Part shown: one piece after another, positions 9,068 through 17,736 of the stretch
Layout of the letters: the number at the start of each line of letters is the position of its first letter
Position numbering within the stretch: the first letter of the stretch is position 1
From: a virus
Lineage: Duplodnaviria; Caudoviricetes
Direction: 5' to 3' (one strand)
Length of the DNA: 51,804 nt
IMG/VR virus record: IMGVR_UViG_3300034110_000722
Span: 1 to 51,804 of that record
Notes under the pieces: generated by a model
The model's database searches: none
What the model was told of the DNA's origin: nothing
The model's input: only the letters and a program-made list of their open reading frames with translations
Translations under genes and position numbers: made by a program

Positions 9068-9752
9068 TGATTTCGCTCCACACCCGACCGACTGCGGGGT
9101 AATAGTACGCCTGATCACGCTCAATCGACAACCATCTGCGACCTGTGCGCTCTGCTGCAACCGCTGTGGTTCCACTGCCGCCAAACGGGTCGAGTACCAG
9201 ATCACCTACGTCTGTGCTGTTCTCAATATAATGACACATTAATTCGGCTGGTTTTTCTGTCGGATGTCTTTTGTTGCGAGGGTTGTCAAACTTGAAACCT
9301 TGCGATGAAGACATGTCGTTGATGGGCTTTACGGGTCGTTTCGCTGCGAAAATTGTATATTCACAGTCCTTCATATACCATCTGTTTGCAGTCTTATTAT
9401 TCTTATCCCATCGAAGCAGGTTGTGAAAATGAAAACCGTGTTCTTCGACAGCATTCAAAGCGTCACGAAGGTTAAGGTTGTTAGTCATAAGATAAAGATG
9501 CGACGCCGGTTTTAACACTCGATGTAAAACAGGCAAGTAATCGTCAAAATTGATTTCGTTGTGTGTGAAAATTTTACCATCGTTCTTTGAAAGCACTGAG
9601 GTTTTCCAACCTGCTGCAAGTTTAGATGATGTACCACCACTAATCACTTTATATGGTGGATCAGTAACAACGCAATCAACACTGCCATCCGGCACAGCCG
9701 ACAGCAAATCAAGGCAGTCACCCAGCCAGAACTCTCCGTTGCCGATCTTCAT
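9060..9752 (-). CDS. N6-adenine/N4-cytosine DNA methyltransferase (beta class)
   Basis: 'GDCL', 'TDPPY', 'HPTEKP', 'VLDPFGGSGTT'; AT-rich core. Confidence 0.9.
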   Translation of the reverse strand: MKIGNGEFWLGDCLDLLSAVPDGSVDCVVTDPPYKVISGGTSSKLAAGWKTSVLSKNDGKIFTHNEINFDDYLPVLHRVLKPASHLYLMTNNLNLRDALNAVEEHGFHFHNLLRWDKNNKTANRWYMKDCEYTIFAAKRPVKPINDMSSSQGFKFDNPRNKRHPTEKPAELMCHYIENSTDVGDLVLDPFGGSGTTAVAAERTGRRWLSIERDQAYYYPAVGRVWSEINA

Positions 9753-11392
9753 ACCTGATACCAACCCTCCACCTTAGCAGCCAGCGCATCCATCTCAGCG
9801 CGCTTCCCGGCCATTGCAGTCAACACGTCCACACCGGTCGTCAGGTAAAAGCGCCGCAATATGCTCTGATCACTCTCACCCGCAGCACGTCGCACACCCG
9901 CCCACTGCTCGATGGCCTGCTTCAGACGTTCTTGGCTGGCATGACGCTCCATCTGCCGGTTCACCGCACCCGCAGCAGCCACCGGCCCCGCGACAGCCCC
10001 CACACGTTCCGCAACGTCGCCGGGTGCCTCAAGCTGCATCGCAGCGCGCATTGCGGCAAGTGTGGCGCGGTCGAGCAGCATCAGATCCCCGTCCACCTGC
10101 TCGATGCTGCGTGCGCCGCCCTCTGGCACAGGCGGTGCCTCGCCGCAATACGGACAGGCTGGCAGGCAGCGCTCATACGGGCGGCTGCACGACCGGCAGG
10201 CAGTGAGCGGTATGTCGTCTGGATCAGGCTCGCGCCTGCTGCGTTTGTCGCGGCGGTCGAGCGTCCACAGTCGGGGCCGGTCAGGCAGTCCGTGGCGTTT
10301 CCAATTGCTCACGTGGTCGATCACCCAGCCCGTCGTTTTGCCGGGGAAGACACGCATTGCACGTCCGAACATCTGAAGAAACTTGTTCAGCGATGCAGTT
10401 GGACGGGCCATGATGACCACTTCACACGCGGGCACGTTGAATCCCTCATCGAACAGATCGACGTTTACCAGCACCTGAATGCGACCGTCCTTGAAGCGGC
10501 GGATCATGTCACGCCTGACACCCGTGTCGGTCTTGGCGCTGACCGAAGCAGCTGGAATACCCGCTTCATTGAAGCGACTGGCGATTTCATTGGACGTTTC
10601 AACATCTGTAGCAAAGCAGATGGCGCGCTTGCCGTTCACCCAGCGTTGATACTCTGCAACCACATCCCCGACGATGTGCGACTTCTTGGATGCTTCGCGC
10701 ATCTTTACAGGACTGAAGTCGCCCTTCGCAGTGATCGCATCGTCACCGATTTCATAGTCCGACACCGGCACAATGATTTCATATTCGGACAGCGCACCCA
10801 TGTCGATCAGTTCGCGCATGGTAGGCCCGACACACATTGCATCAAACAGCCCCTCGTGATGACGACCGAGACCGTTACCGTCTGCGCGCGACGGGCAGGC
10901 TGTCACACCGAGACCGAATGCGTTCGGGAACAGTTCGACCGCCTTGCCCCAGGTGTTGCCTTTCAGCAGGTGGTGGGACTCATCGAGTGTCCAGCGGTTT
11001 ACTTGCTGACCCCACGACCGCAGTTCATCAATGCGGCTCATGATCGTTTGGACTGAGCCGACCGCGCAACGTGCGTCAGGGTTGTAAAATGACCGCCCGA
11101 ACTCAGCGCGGTGTTCTGCTACGATGCCAGCGATCGTTGATTTGCTGCCGATGATGCGATGCGGAATGCCGCGCTCTGCAACAGCCAGTGACATTTGCCC
11201 AACGAGTTCATTGCGGTGTGCCATGATACACTCAGTAAGACCCTGATTGTGCCCGTCGAGAATGATGTCCGTAGAAAGCACGGTCTTGCCACTGCCGGTT
11301 GGCGCGATCGCAAGCACGTTGCGAGCGCCGTTCTGCCACGCTTCATAGATGCGCCGCTTCAAGTCTGCTTGGTCTGGGCGGAGTGTGATCAT
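9749..11392 (-). CDS. superfamily 2 DNA helicase (RadD/YejH-like)
   Basis: 'PTGSGKT', 'DESHH', 'TACP', 'EGFNVP', 'QMFGRAMR', C-terminal CxxC-CxxC. Confidence 0.92.
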   Translation of the reverse strand: MITLRPDQADLKRRIYEAWQNGARNVLAIAPTGSGKTVLSTDIILDGHNQGLTECIMAHRNELVGQMSLAVAERGIPHRIIGSKSTIAGIVAEHRAEFGRSFYNPDARCAVGSVQTIMSRIDELRSWGQQVNRWTLDESHHLLKGNTWGKAVELFPNAFGLGVTACPSRADGNGLGRHHEGLFDAMCVGPTMRELIDMGALSEYEIIVPVSDYEIGDDAITAKGDFSPVKMREASKKSHIVGDVVAEYQRWVNGKRAICFATDVETSNEIASRFNEAGIPAASVSAKTDTGVRRDMIRRFKDGRIQVLVNVDLFDEGFNVPACEVVIMARPTASLNKFLQMFGRAMRVFPGKTTGWVIDHVSNWKRHGLPDRPRLWTLDRRDKRSRREPDPDDIPLTACRSCSRPYERCLPACPYCGEAPPVPEGGARSIEQVDGDLMLLDRATLAAMRAAMQLEAPGDVAERVGAVAGPVAAAGAVNRQMERHASQERLKQAIEQWAGVRRAAGESDQSILRRFYLTTGVDVLTAMAGKRAEMDALAAKVEGWYQV

Positions 11393-11970
11393 TTGTTGAA
11401 CTCAACCACACACTTGCAGAACATAATGTACTCTTCGTCCGTCATCTGATTTTTACCAATGTTGTAAGCCACACACACGACCTGAACGTTATCATCGGTG
11501 TAAGGGCCGAAGGGGTCTATTTTATCCAGCGATGGTGCGAAAGGGTTGTTCTGCTTTTCGGGGTGTGGTCTCAAATCGAACGGTATTGCTGTTCGTTCGC
11601 AGAAGCCTCTCGCTACCGCTTTTTCAATTTTTTCATAGGACAGATCGAAAAATATGTTGTTTTTCTTCGCTCTAACCTGAGCGCCTTTCCACATCTGTTT
11701 TGATCTGCCTCTTATCGACGACCGGTATCTGTCAGCGATACGCTTGTAGTCTTCAGCATGTTCAACTCTGTATCTTTTTTGACGCGCTCTTATTTCTTCT
11801 CGGTTCTGTTCATAGCGATTTTTGTGTTTCTCTTTGTTTCGCAGGTAAGAATCGCGGTTGTCTTCTCTACCACAGGGCTTGCATCTTTTTTGCAACCCGT
11901 CTTTAAACGCTTTGTTTTTCGCAAAGTCGCTGAATGGTTTCTCGATTTTACACTTATCACAACGCTTCAT
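11389..11970 (-). CDS. free-standing HNH-like homing endonuclease 2
   Basis: 'KRCDKC...RCKPC', 'AQVRAKK', 'PSLDKIDPFGPYTDDNVQVVCVAYNIGK'; AT-rich. Confidence 0.8.
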   Translation of the reverse strand: MKRCDKCKIEKPFSDFAKNKAFKDGLQKRCKPCGREDNRDSYLRNKEKHKNRYEQNREEIRARQKRYRVEHAEDYKRIADRYRSSIRGRSKQMWKGAQVRAKKNNIFFDLSYEKIEKAVARGFCERTAIPFDLRPHPEKQNNPFAPSLDKIDPFGPYTDDNVQVVCVAYNIGKNQMTDEEYIMFCKCVVEFNK

Positions 11971-12080
11971 ATCTTGTAACCAGTCGGCATGATGGCGAGC
12001 ACGTTGCGGTTGCCAGCTTGGTACGACTGGTAGATGCGCGCGATGATGTCGGATTGGTAGGGGCGCAGTTGGATTGTCAC
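11967..12080 (-). pseudogene. orphaned helicase N-terminus (37-aa mini-ORF)
   Basis: Hand translation MTIQLRPYQSDIIARIYQSYQAGNRNVLAIMPTGYKI aligns with helicase residues 1-33. Confidence 0.85.
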
Positions 12081-12694
12081 AGCGTGGCACCCCATTGTTC
12101 GGCCATCGCAGCGGCAAAACCGGCATAGAAGCGTGATCGCTCGTGCCCACGGTTCGGCCCAGGCGACATGTAGTGGATGCGCTCCCGTTCACGCTTCGGG
12201 AGTGTCATCATGTGTTCGTACACATTGTTCGTCTCCACCAGTCGCGGTAGGTTCCACAGCGCGAAACCTGTTTTCTTCTGCTCCGGGTGCCCGTGCTGCC
12301 ACGGGTGAATGTACTGCACGTCAGCTTGGTATGCACCACGCAGGACGGGGAATATAACTGACGCGGGGTTTTCGACCGCAACACGATCGCTCTGAGCGCG
12401 TGCAAGCCCTACAGTCTCGCACGTCCAGGCGATTGCCGCCAAACGCTTTCCGTAACCCGAGGATGTGGTTCCGTAGTGCATGTTACCGCAGACGGCCATT
12501 GCAGTGCAGTCAGGGTGCAGAACGATCAAGTCCCACCGCCGCAGCATGATAGCCGCCCGCACATCGCATTGCATGTGCCAAGTCGGATCACCTTCGCACG
12601 GCTTCAGGTCGCACGAGAATGCGTCGTGCCCGCAAGCACGGAACGCATCTCGCACTGTGGCGGAATACTCGCAACCAATCAGAACTGCTGTCAC
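12077..12694 (-). CDS. putative C5-cytosine DNA methyltransferase
   Basis: 'LIGCEYSATVRDAF...GHDAFSCDL', 'WDLIVLHPDCT', 'VENP'. Confidence 0.65.
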   Translation of the reverse strand: MTAVLIGCEYSATVRDAFRACGHDAFSCDLKPCEGDPTWHMQCDVRAAIMLRRWDLIVLHPDCTAMAVCGNMHYGTTSSGYGKRLAAIAWTCETVGLARAQSDRVAVENPASVIFPVLRGAYQADVQYIHPWQHGHPEQKKTGFALWNLPRLVETNNVYEHMMTLPKRERERIHYMSPGPNRGHERSRFYAGFAAAMAEQWGATL

Positions 12695-13119
12695 TTCCGA
12701 CTCACCACCCAAATTTCCCAATACCCGCACGACCCGACGCGCTTGATGCTGGTCGGCACCCATGCCGGATCGTGAACCACTGCGCCGCCTTGGCAGACGA
12801 CCACGTGATCGCCGCCCGCTCTGGTGTCGCTCGTGGTCGAGCCGAACAGCATCCAAGTGGTGTCAGGGTTGTTCGCGCCCATCCAGTCCAGCACGTCTTG
12901 CAGCGGCTGATCGTCCAGCGCAAACGCTGTGATCGTAAGCCCCCGCAAACCCAGCCAACGCCGCGCACTGGCACGTGCTTCTGTGCCGGTTGCGGCAAGG
13001 TCTGCAAAGTGCGGCACGTGCTCAGGGTCGAGATCCATGATCGACGCGATGCAGGCGCGCAGGCAGTCACCGTAGGACTGTGGGGGATCGTGGCGATTGC
13101 GGCACATTACGGGGGTCAC
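12691..13119 (-). CDS. putative C39-like cysteine peptidase
   Basis: 'QSYGDCLRACIASIM' ... 'DHVVV' ... 'VHDP' gives Gln-Cys-His-Asp order. Confidence 0.5.
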   Translation of the reverse strand: MTPVMCRNRHDPPQSYGDCLRACIASIMDLDPEHVPHFADLAATGTEARASARRWLGLRGLTITAFALDDQPLQDVLDWMGANNPDTTWMLFGSTTSDTRAGGDHVVVCQGGAVVHDPAWVPTSIKRVGSCGYWEIWVVSRK

Positions 13120-13721
13120 TTACACCACCCCGGCACAGCAGCTGCGACATGCGAGCGACCGTCCGTCACCCACGGTCTGAAAAATGCGACCCAATGTGCA
13201 GCATCCGAATCACGGACGCAGGTGGGTCGATTGCGCGGGTCAAGGTTCTGCTCCAACGTGACAACGCCGCTGGGTGCAGCCTTGAGCAATTGCGTCAGAC
13301 TGAGCAGATCGAGCGTCATGTGGCCCTGAGCAGCAGGCAGCGGTGTGCGGCACGGCTCAACGATTCGCTCATTCCAGGCGTCGAAGTCGGTGCCCGCGTC
13401 GGGCCAGTAGCCGATATTCTCCGAGATGCTGCACCCGAACGTGGTGATCGCGGTGGTGTAGCGCAGCGCCTCGACAGGTGTGAAGTCGATGAAGCCGCTG
13501 AACTGCGCCTCAGTGCGGCATTGCTCGACAAGCGCTGGGGTGGCGCGGATGTAGAAGGTGCCGGTGAACGGCTCGACTTCCTCGATCACGAGGTATGAGC
13601 GGTTTGATGCAAGAATCTTGCCGTTCTCAAGCCTGAAGCACTTGAAGGCTTCGTCGCAGTCCGAATCGGGTGCAGCGACGACATGGGACAGGCGAGCAAT
13701 GGTGTCGCAGGGGATACGCAT
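13116..13721 (-). CDS. possible beta-clamp-like protein
   Basis: 'KCFRLENGKILASNRSYLVI' and 'FDAWNERIV' loosely echo clamp motifs; replication context. Confidence 0.4.
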   Translation of the reverse strand: MRIPCDTIARLSHVVAAPDSDCDEAFKCFRLENGKILASNRSYLVIEEVEPFTGTFYIRATPALVEQCRTEAQFSGFIDFTPVEALRYTTAITTFGCSISENIGYWPDAGTDFDAWNERIVEPCRTPLPAAQGHMTLDLLSLTQLLKAAPSGVVTLEQNLDPRNRPTCVRDSDAAHWVAFFRPWVTDGRSHVAAAVPGWCK

Positions 13722-13770
13722 GTGATGGTGGCTCCAGTCGAGATACTTACCGCATTGAAGGTTTTTTCGC

Positions 13771-13799
13771 TTGCAGTCAACCCGTCACGTATGTATCAC
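13771..13799 (+). promoter_or_regulatory. sigma70-like promoter in a divergent region
   Basis: TTGCAG-17 nt-TATCAC before a GGAG RBS and ATG 13829. Confidence 0.55.
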
Positions 13800-13828
13800 C
13801 GCGACAGAAACAACGGAGAATCACCCTC

Positions 13829-14710
13829 ATGACTGCTTCACTCACTCTTACGGGATCGGTCGCCGCACTGACCGCCGCTCTTGCTGCTTTTGAGCGTGTC
13901 GATGGTGAGCCTGACGCTGGCTCTCGGACTGTCGCGCCGCTAACGCCTGCCAACAGCACGCTGTCGCAGGCGATCAGTTTCGCGGTTGCGGCTGACGCGG
14001 GAAACCCTTCCACCGACACTGGTGCTGGTATTCCGCAACAGATGCCGAGCCTGTCCGTTCCGAGTGGGGCTGCTCCGATCCCGACTGCCCCGATGCCGAG
14101 CATGTCGCCCGTCTCGACTACCATCCCTGCCATCCAGGATGGCGAGGATGATGAGGATGAAGCGGGTGCTGACACGGACGGCACCGGCACGGACGCTGAA
14201 GGTCTGCCGTGGGATGCGCGCATTCACTCGTCAAGCAAGAAAAAGACCGACAAGGGCTTGTGGGCTGCACGTCGCGGCGGGCCGAAGGGCGCGGAACTCG
14301 CGGTAATCAAGGACGAACTGCGCGGTGTGACGCAGGTGCCAATGCCGCTTCCGGTCGCACTCACACCTGTCCCGATGCCGCCGCCCGTGATTGAGCAGCC
14401 GGTCGCTGCACCGCTGCCGATGCCTGCTGTGATGCCGCCGCCCGTCCCGATGCCCGTTGCACCTGAGCCGGTCGCTGCACCGCTGCCTATGCCCACACCT
14501 GAGCCGGTCGCTGCACCCGCAGCAGCCGAAGAATGGGATTTCGCAAAGCTGATGGCACAGATCGGGCCGAAGATGGGCACCGTGATCGACCCGCAGTATC
14601 TGGCCCAGGTGTGCCAGCACTACGGCATTGGTGCGATCACCGACACTGCCACGAAGCCGGAACTGATCGGGCAGATCGTGGCGCAGTTCCAAGCGGATGG
14701 CCGCTGGTAA
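13829..14710 (+). CDS. Pro-rich replication-module protein
   Basis: 'DAEGLPWDARIHSSSKKK...W..RRG' core flanked by Pro/Ala repeats. Confidence 0.75.
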   Translation: MTASLTLTGSVAALTAALAAFERVDGEPDAGSRTVAPLTPANSTLSQAISFAVAADAGNPSTDTGAGIPQQMPSLSVPSGAAPIPTAPMPSMSPVSTTIPAIQDGEDDEDEAGADTDGTGTDAEGLPWDARIHSSSKKKTDKGLWAARRGGPKGAELAVIKDELRGVTQVPMPLPVALTPVPMPPPVIEQPVAAPLPMPAVMPPPVPMPVAPEPVAAPLPMPTPEPVAAPAAAEEWDFAKLMAQIGPKMGTVIDPQYLAQVCQHYGIGAITDTATKPELIGQIVAQFQADGRW

Positions 14711-14908
14711 ATCATAAGGTGAAACGTCGCGCGCCTGTTGCAACAGGTTCGGTCTGAGTAGCCTGAAGACACACGATAGGGGATCGGGCTGCGCGACACT
14801 GTGGCTTCTAACCCAACAAGAGATGTGGTCCGAGTTTCTTCGTGTGAGGTTGGCAGGGCGCGTGTCGATGACCCCTGCCAACCATCGGATGAGATGGAGT
14901 TTTACGGT

Positions 14909-15088
14909 ATGAACATCACGATTGAATACATTGATGACGGGCGTATTCAGGTGGTATTGCATGACGTGCAACGGCAACTGATTTTCACACCCGATGTGTC
15001 GCTGGCAACGATCCGAGAAGCGATCATCGGTGAGTTGCTGCCGAACCTGACAGACGTGATGCTGCGCATCGCAGAGTCGCGCGCATGA
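14909..15088 (+). CDS. hypothetical protein
   Basis: GGAG RBS; ATGA coupling. Confidence 0.5.
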   Translation: MNITIEYIDDGRIQVVLHDVQRQLIFTPDVSLATIREAIIGELLPNLTDVMLRIAESRA

Positions 15089-15297
15089 CAATCTTTCAAC
15101 ATCTGGACGGGGGTTTCTACGTCATCGCGGGGCAATACCCCGTCCAGATGAAGATGGATGATGGGCGGTGGGAACCTGCCGTCTATTACCGCCGCGTCAC
15201 CCGTTCAGTCGATGGGCGCTGGCAGTATGAAGGCAAGAACCACTTCTGCACGACGCAAGCGCGTTGGAATGAGCGGTTTACGAGGATTGAGGTATGA
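15085..15297 (+). CDS. hypothetical protein (possibly DUF1653-like)
   Basis: 'FQHLDGGFYVI...AVYY...W.ERF'. Confidence 0.55.
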   Translation: MTIFQHLDGGFYVIAGQYPVQMKMDDGRWEPAVYYRRVTRSVDGRWQYEGKNHFCTTQARWNERFTRIEV

Positions 15298-15497
15298 GTG
15301 AGAACAAGTCGTCTTCGAGTGGCGGTATCGGATTTTTCAGTCTGCTGACTATCGTGTTCATCACGCTCAAACTGACTGGCTACATCACGTGGTCATGGTG
15401 GTGGGTGCTCGCACCGCTTTGGCTTGTGCCAGTCGTCATCCTGTCCATTACTGCACTGGTGTTTCTGGTTGCGCTGCTGTTCGAGTCTCGCAAGTGA
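15294..15497 (+). CDS. small two-TM membrane protein
   Basis: 'LTIVFITLKLTGYITWSWWWVLAPLW'. Confidence 0.75.
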   Translation: MSENKSSSSGGIGFFSLLTIVFITLKLTGYITWSWWWVLAPLWLVPVVILSITALVFLVALLFESRK

Positions 15498-16579
15498 TTA
15501 GCGTCACAGCTACAGAACTGCCGCGCGTGATGCATTGCTTCGGCTCGCTGCAAATGCCGCAGGCTGTGCCGGGTGGCGGTGACACCACACAGCGCGACGA
15601 GGGCAATGCTGCACACTGGCTGGCCGAGCAGATGTTCAACGGCGCACCTGCTCACGCCGGTCTGACCGCACCGAACGGCTATGTCGTCACAGACGATATG
15701 GTGGAGCATGTGTCGCAGTATGTCAGCGCGCTCGACTGCGGCGAGATGGAAGCCGACACCAGTTACAGCGGTGCATCGTGGCAGGTGCGCGGTCGGGCTG
15801 ATCATCTGGTGTATCGCACACATGATGTCCTCACTCACTTCTCCACCAGTCTCACCATCGACGACTTCAAGTATGGCTGGCGGCTCGTCTCACCCGTCCG
15901 TAACTGGACGTTGATGAGCCATGCTATCGGTTGGATCATCCGCACACAGCAGCGTCCTGACCGCATCGTGCTGCGCATCCATCAGCCGCGTCCGTATCAT
16001 GCAGATGGGCCGCTGCGCGAGTGGTCATGCTCGTTTGAGGAACTGATGGGCTTCTACGCTCAGATCGACGCTCGCCTGTCCAACCCGACAGACGAACTGG
16101 TGACGAGCATGGAGCACTGCGCCAAGTGTCACGCCCTCGCCACCTGTCCGGCTGCTCGCAGTGCCAGCATGAACGCGCTGGACGTGATGGATCGCGTGTT
16201 CAGTGACGACTTACCGAAGCCGCTGCTGACCCGCGAAATGGAACTGATGCGGCAGGCGGTCAGCATGATCGAGGCGCGTCGGGACGCTATCGAGGAACTG
16301 GTGACGCACCGCATCAAGCAGGGCGAAGTGTTCGACGGTTACATGCTTGAGCGTCGGCACGGCCAGCGGCGGTGGAAGCCAGGATTGACCGGTAAAGTGC
16401 TGTCGATGCTGGCTGCTAAGGATCTGTCGAAGGATGGCGCAGTCACACCAGCTGAAGCAGAGCGGCGCGGTGTGAGCAAGGAAGCAATTGCAGCAATGAC
16501 GGACAGGCCGCTGCTTGATCCGAAGTTGAAGGCAGTGGACGTTGATGCCCGTGGACGGGCTTTGTTTGGAGACCAATGA
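15494..16579 (+). CDS. PD-(D/E)XK exonuclease (DUF2800/Cas4-like)
   Basis: 'EGNAAHWLAE', 'GRAD', 'IDDFKYG', 'IHQPR', 'HCAKC....CPA'. Confidence 0.8.
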   Translation: MISVTATELPRVMHCFGSLQMPQAVPGGGDTTQRDEGNAAHWLAEQMFNGAPAHAGLTAPNGYVVTDDMVEHVSQYVSALDCGEMEADTSYSGASWQVRGRADHLVYRTHDVLTHFSTSLTIDDFKYGWRLVSPVRNWTLMSHAIGWIIRTQQRPDRIVLRIHQPRPYHADGPLREWSCSFEELMGFYAQIDARLSNPTDELVTSMEHCAKCHALATCPAARSASMNALDVMDRVFSDDLPKPLLTREMELMRQAVSMIEARRDAIEELVTHRIKQGEVFDGYMLERRHGQRRWKPGLTGKVLSMLAAKDLSKDGAVTPAEAERRGVSKEAIAAMTDRPLLDPKLKAVDVDARGRALFGDQ

Positions 16580-16580
16580 C

Positions 16581-17630
16581 ATGCGAATGACTACCCTAAC
16601 CCCTCTCACCGCCGTTGCCTATAACAACGAAGGCAGCGGTCTGCTCACCCCGACCGGACGCATCGTGTGGGGCCACCCGCTTAAGCCGCGTCAGAAGATC
16701 GACAACGAGACGAAGCAGAAGGTGCTCGACCAGCAGGGTCAGCCGGTCATGGAAACGTCCTACGGGCTGGCGATCCCCATCGCTGAGTTCCAGCAGCACG
16801 TGTGGCCGGTGATGCACGCTGAAGCACTGAAGGGTTATCCCAACGGCGCACCGGGCAACTTCTCGTGGAAGATGACGCAGCCGACCGACATCGACAACAA
16901 GGGTCAGCCCTACAGCATCCGCGAAGGCTATGCCGATCATGTCGTGATTGCTGTTTCGACGCTGCTTGAGCCGCCACCTGCTTTCCGGTGGGACGCTGGC
17001 CGCAACCAGTGGGTGCAGATGCAGCCTGACGAGATCAAGTGCGGCGACTACATCCGCGCTGATCTGAATTTCAAGGTGAACGTCTCGACCAGCGCGACCC
17101 GCAAGCCGTCGCTCTATGTCAACCCGCGCGCGGTGCAGTTCGTCGGCTATGGTGCAGCGATCGTCAGCGCTGGGTATAACGTCGATCCGAGCAGCTTGTT
17201 CGGCGCTGGCCCTGCACCGCTGCCGCCCGGTGCAAGCGCTGTGCCGATCGGCGGTGCGCCTGATGTGGGGATGCCCGGTGCTGCTGCTATGCCCGGTGCT
17301 GCTGCTATGCCCGGTGCTGCTGCTATGCCCGGTGCTGCTGCTATGCCGGGTGCTCCGGTGGCTGCGATGCCGGGTGCTGCTGCGATGCCGAACCCTGCCC
17401 CTGCGGTGTCACCACCTCCCGCGCCTGTGACGGCACCGCCTGCGGCTACTCGACCCACTGACCCGTCGCACATCCACAACAACGGCAACGGCACCGAGCA
17501 GTGGTTCGTGAACGGTGCTTGGGACGGTGGTGCTCACCCTGTCCCGACTGCCGGTGCTGCTCTGCCGCCGCCTGCGACCGGATTTGTCGCACAAGCGGCG
17601 GGTATGCCGGGTGCGATGCCCCCGCGATAA
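16581..17630 (+). CDS. ssDNA-binding protein (DUF2815-like) with LxAxAY leader and Pro/Ala tail
   Basis: 'LLTPTGRIVW', 'IKCGDYIR', 'LYVNPRAVQFVGYG'; lies between exonuclease and polymerase. Confidence 0.7.
   Translation: MRMTTLTPLTAVAYNNEGSGLLTPTGRIVWGHPLKPRQKIDNETKQKVLDQQGQPVMETSYGLAIPIAEFQQHVWPVMHAEALKGYPNGAPGNFSWKMTQPTDIDNKGQPYSIREGYADHVVIAVSTLLEPPPAFRWDAGRNQWVQMQPDEIKCGDYIRADLNFKVNVSTSATRKPSLYVNPRAVQFVGYGAAIVSAGYNVDPSSLFGAGPAPLPPGASAVPIGGAPDVGMPGAAAMPGAAAMPGAAAMPGAAAMPGAPVAAMPGAAAMPNPAPAVSPPPAPVTAPPAATRPTDPSHIHNNGNGTEQWFVNGAWDGGAHPVPTAGAALPPPATGFVAQAAGMPGAMPPR
17271..17390 (+). repeat. 18-bp coding repeat (MPGAAA)n
   Basis: ATGCCCGGTGCTGCTGCT tandem copies plus variants. Confidence 0.9.
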
Positions 17631-17736
17631 CAGGGGAGTGTGTGGGCGCTGCGGTGCGGATTTGCTGAGAGGTGATCCGTGCCGCGCGCCTAGCCCGCTC
17701 CCGTTCGACGACTGCATTCCCTTTTGAGGTGGTGAG

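Noticed and set aside
11389-11970. Group I intron or intein in the helicase
   Set aside because: A complete second N-terminus with its own start exists, the HNH is a separate ORF, and almost no non-coding sequence is left for a ribozyme core.
15494-16579. Cas4 as part of a CRISPR system
   Set aside because: Its position beside the SSB and polymerase fits the common phage replication exonuclease.
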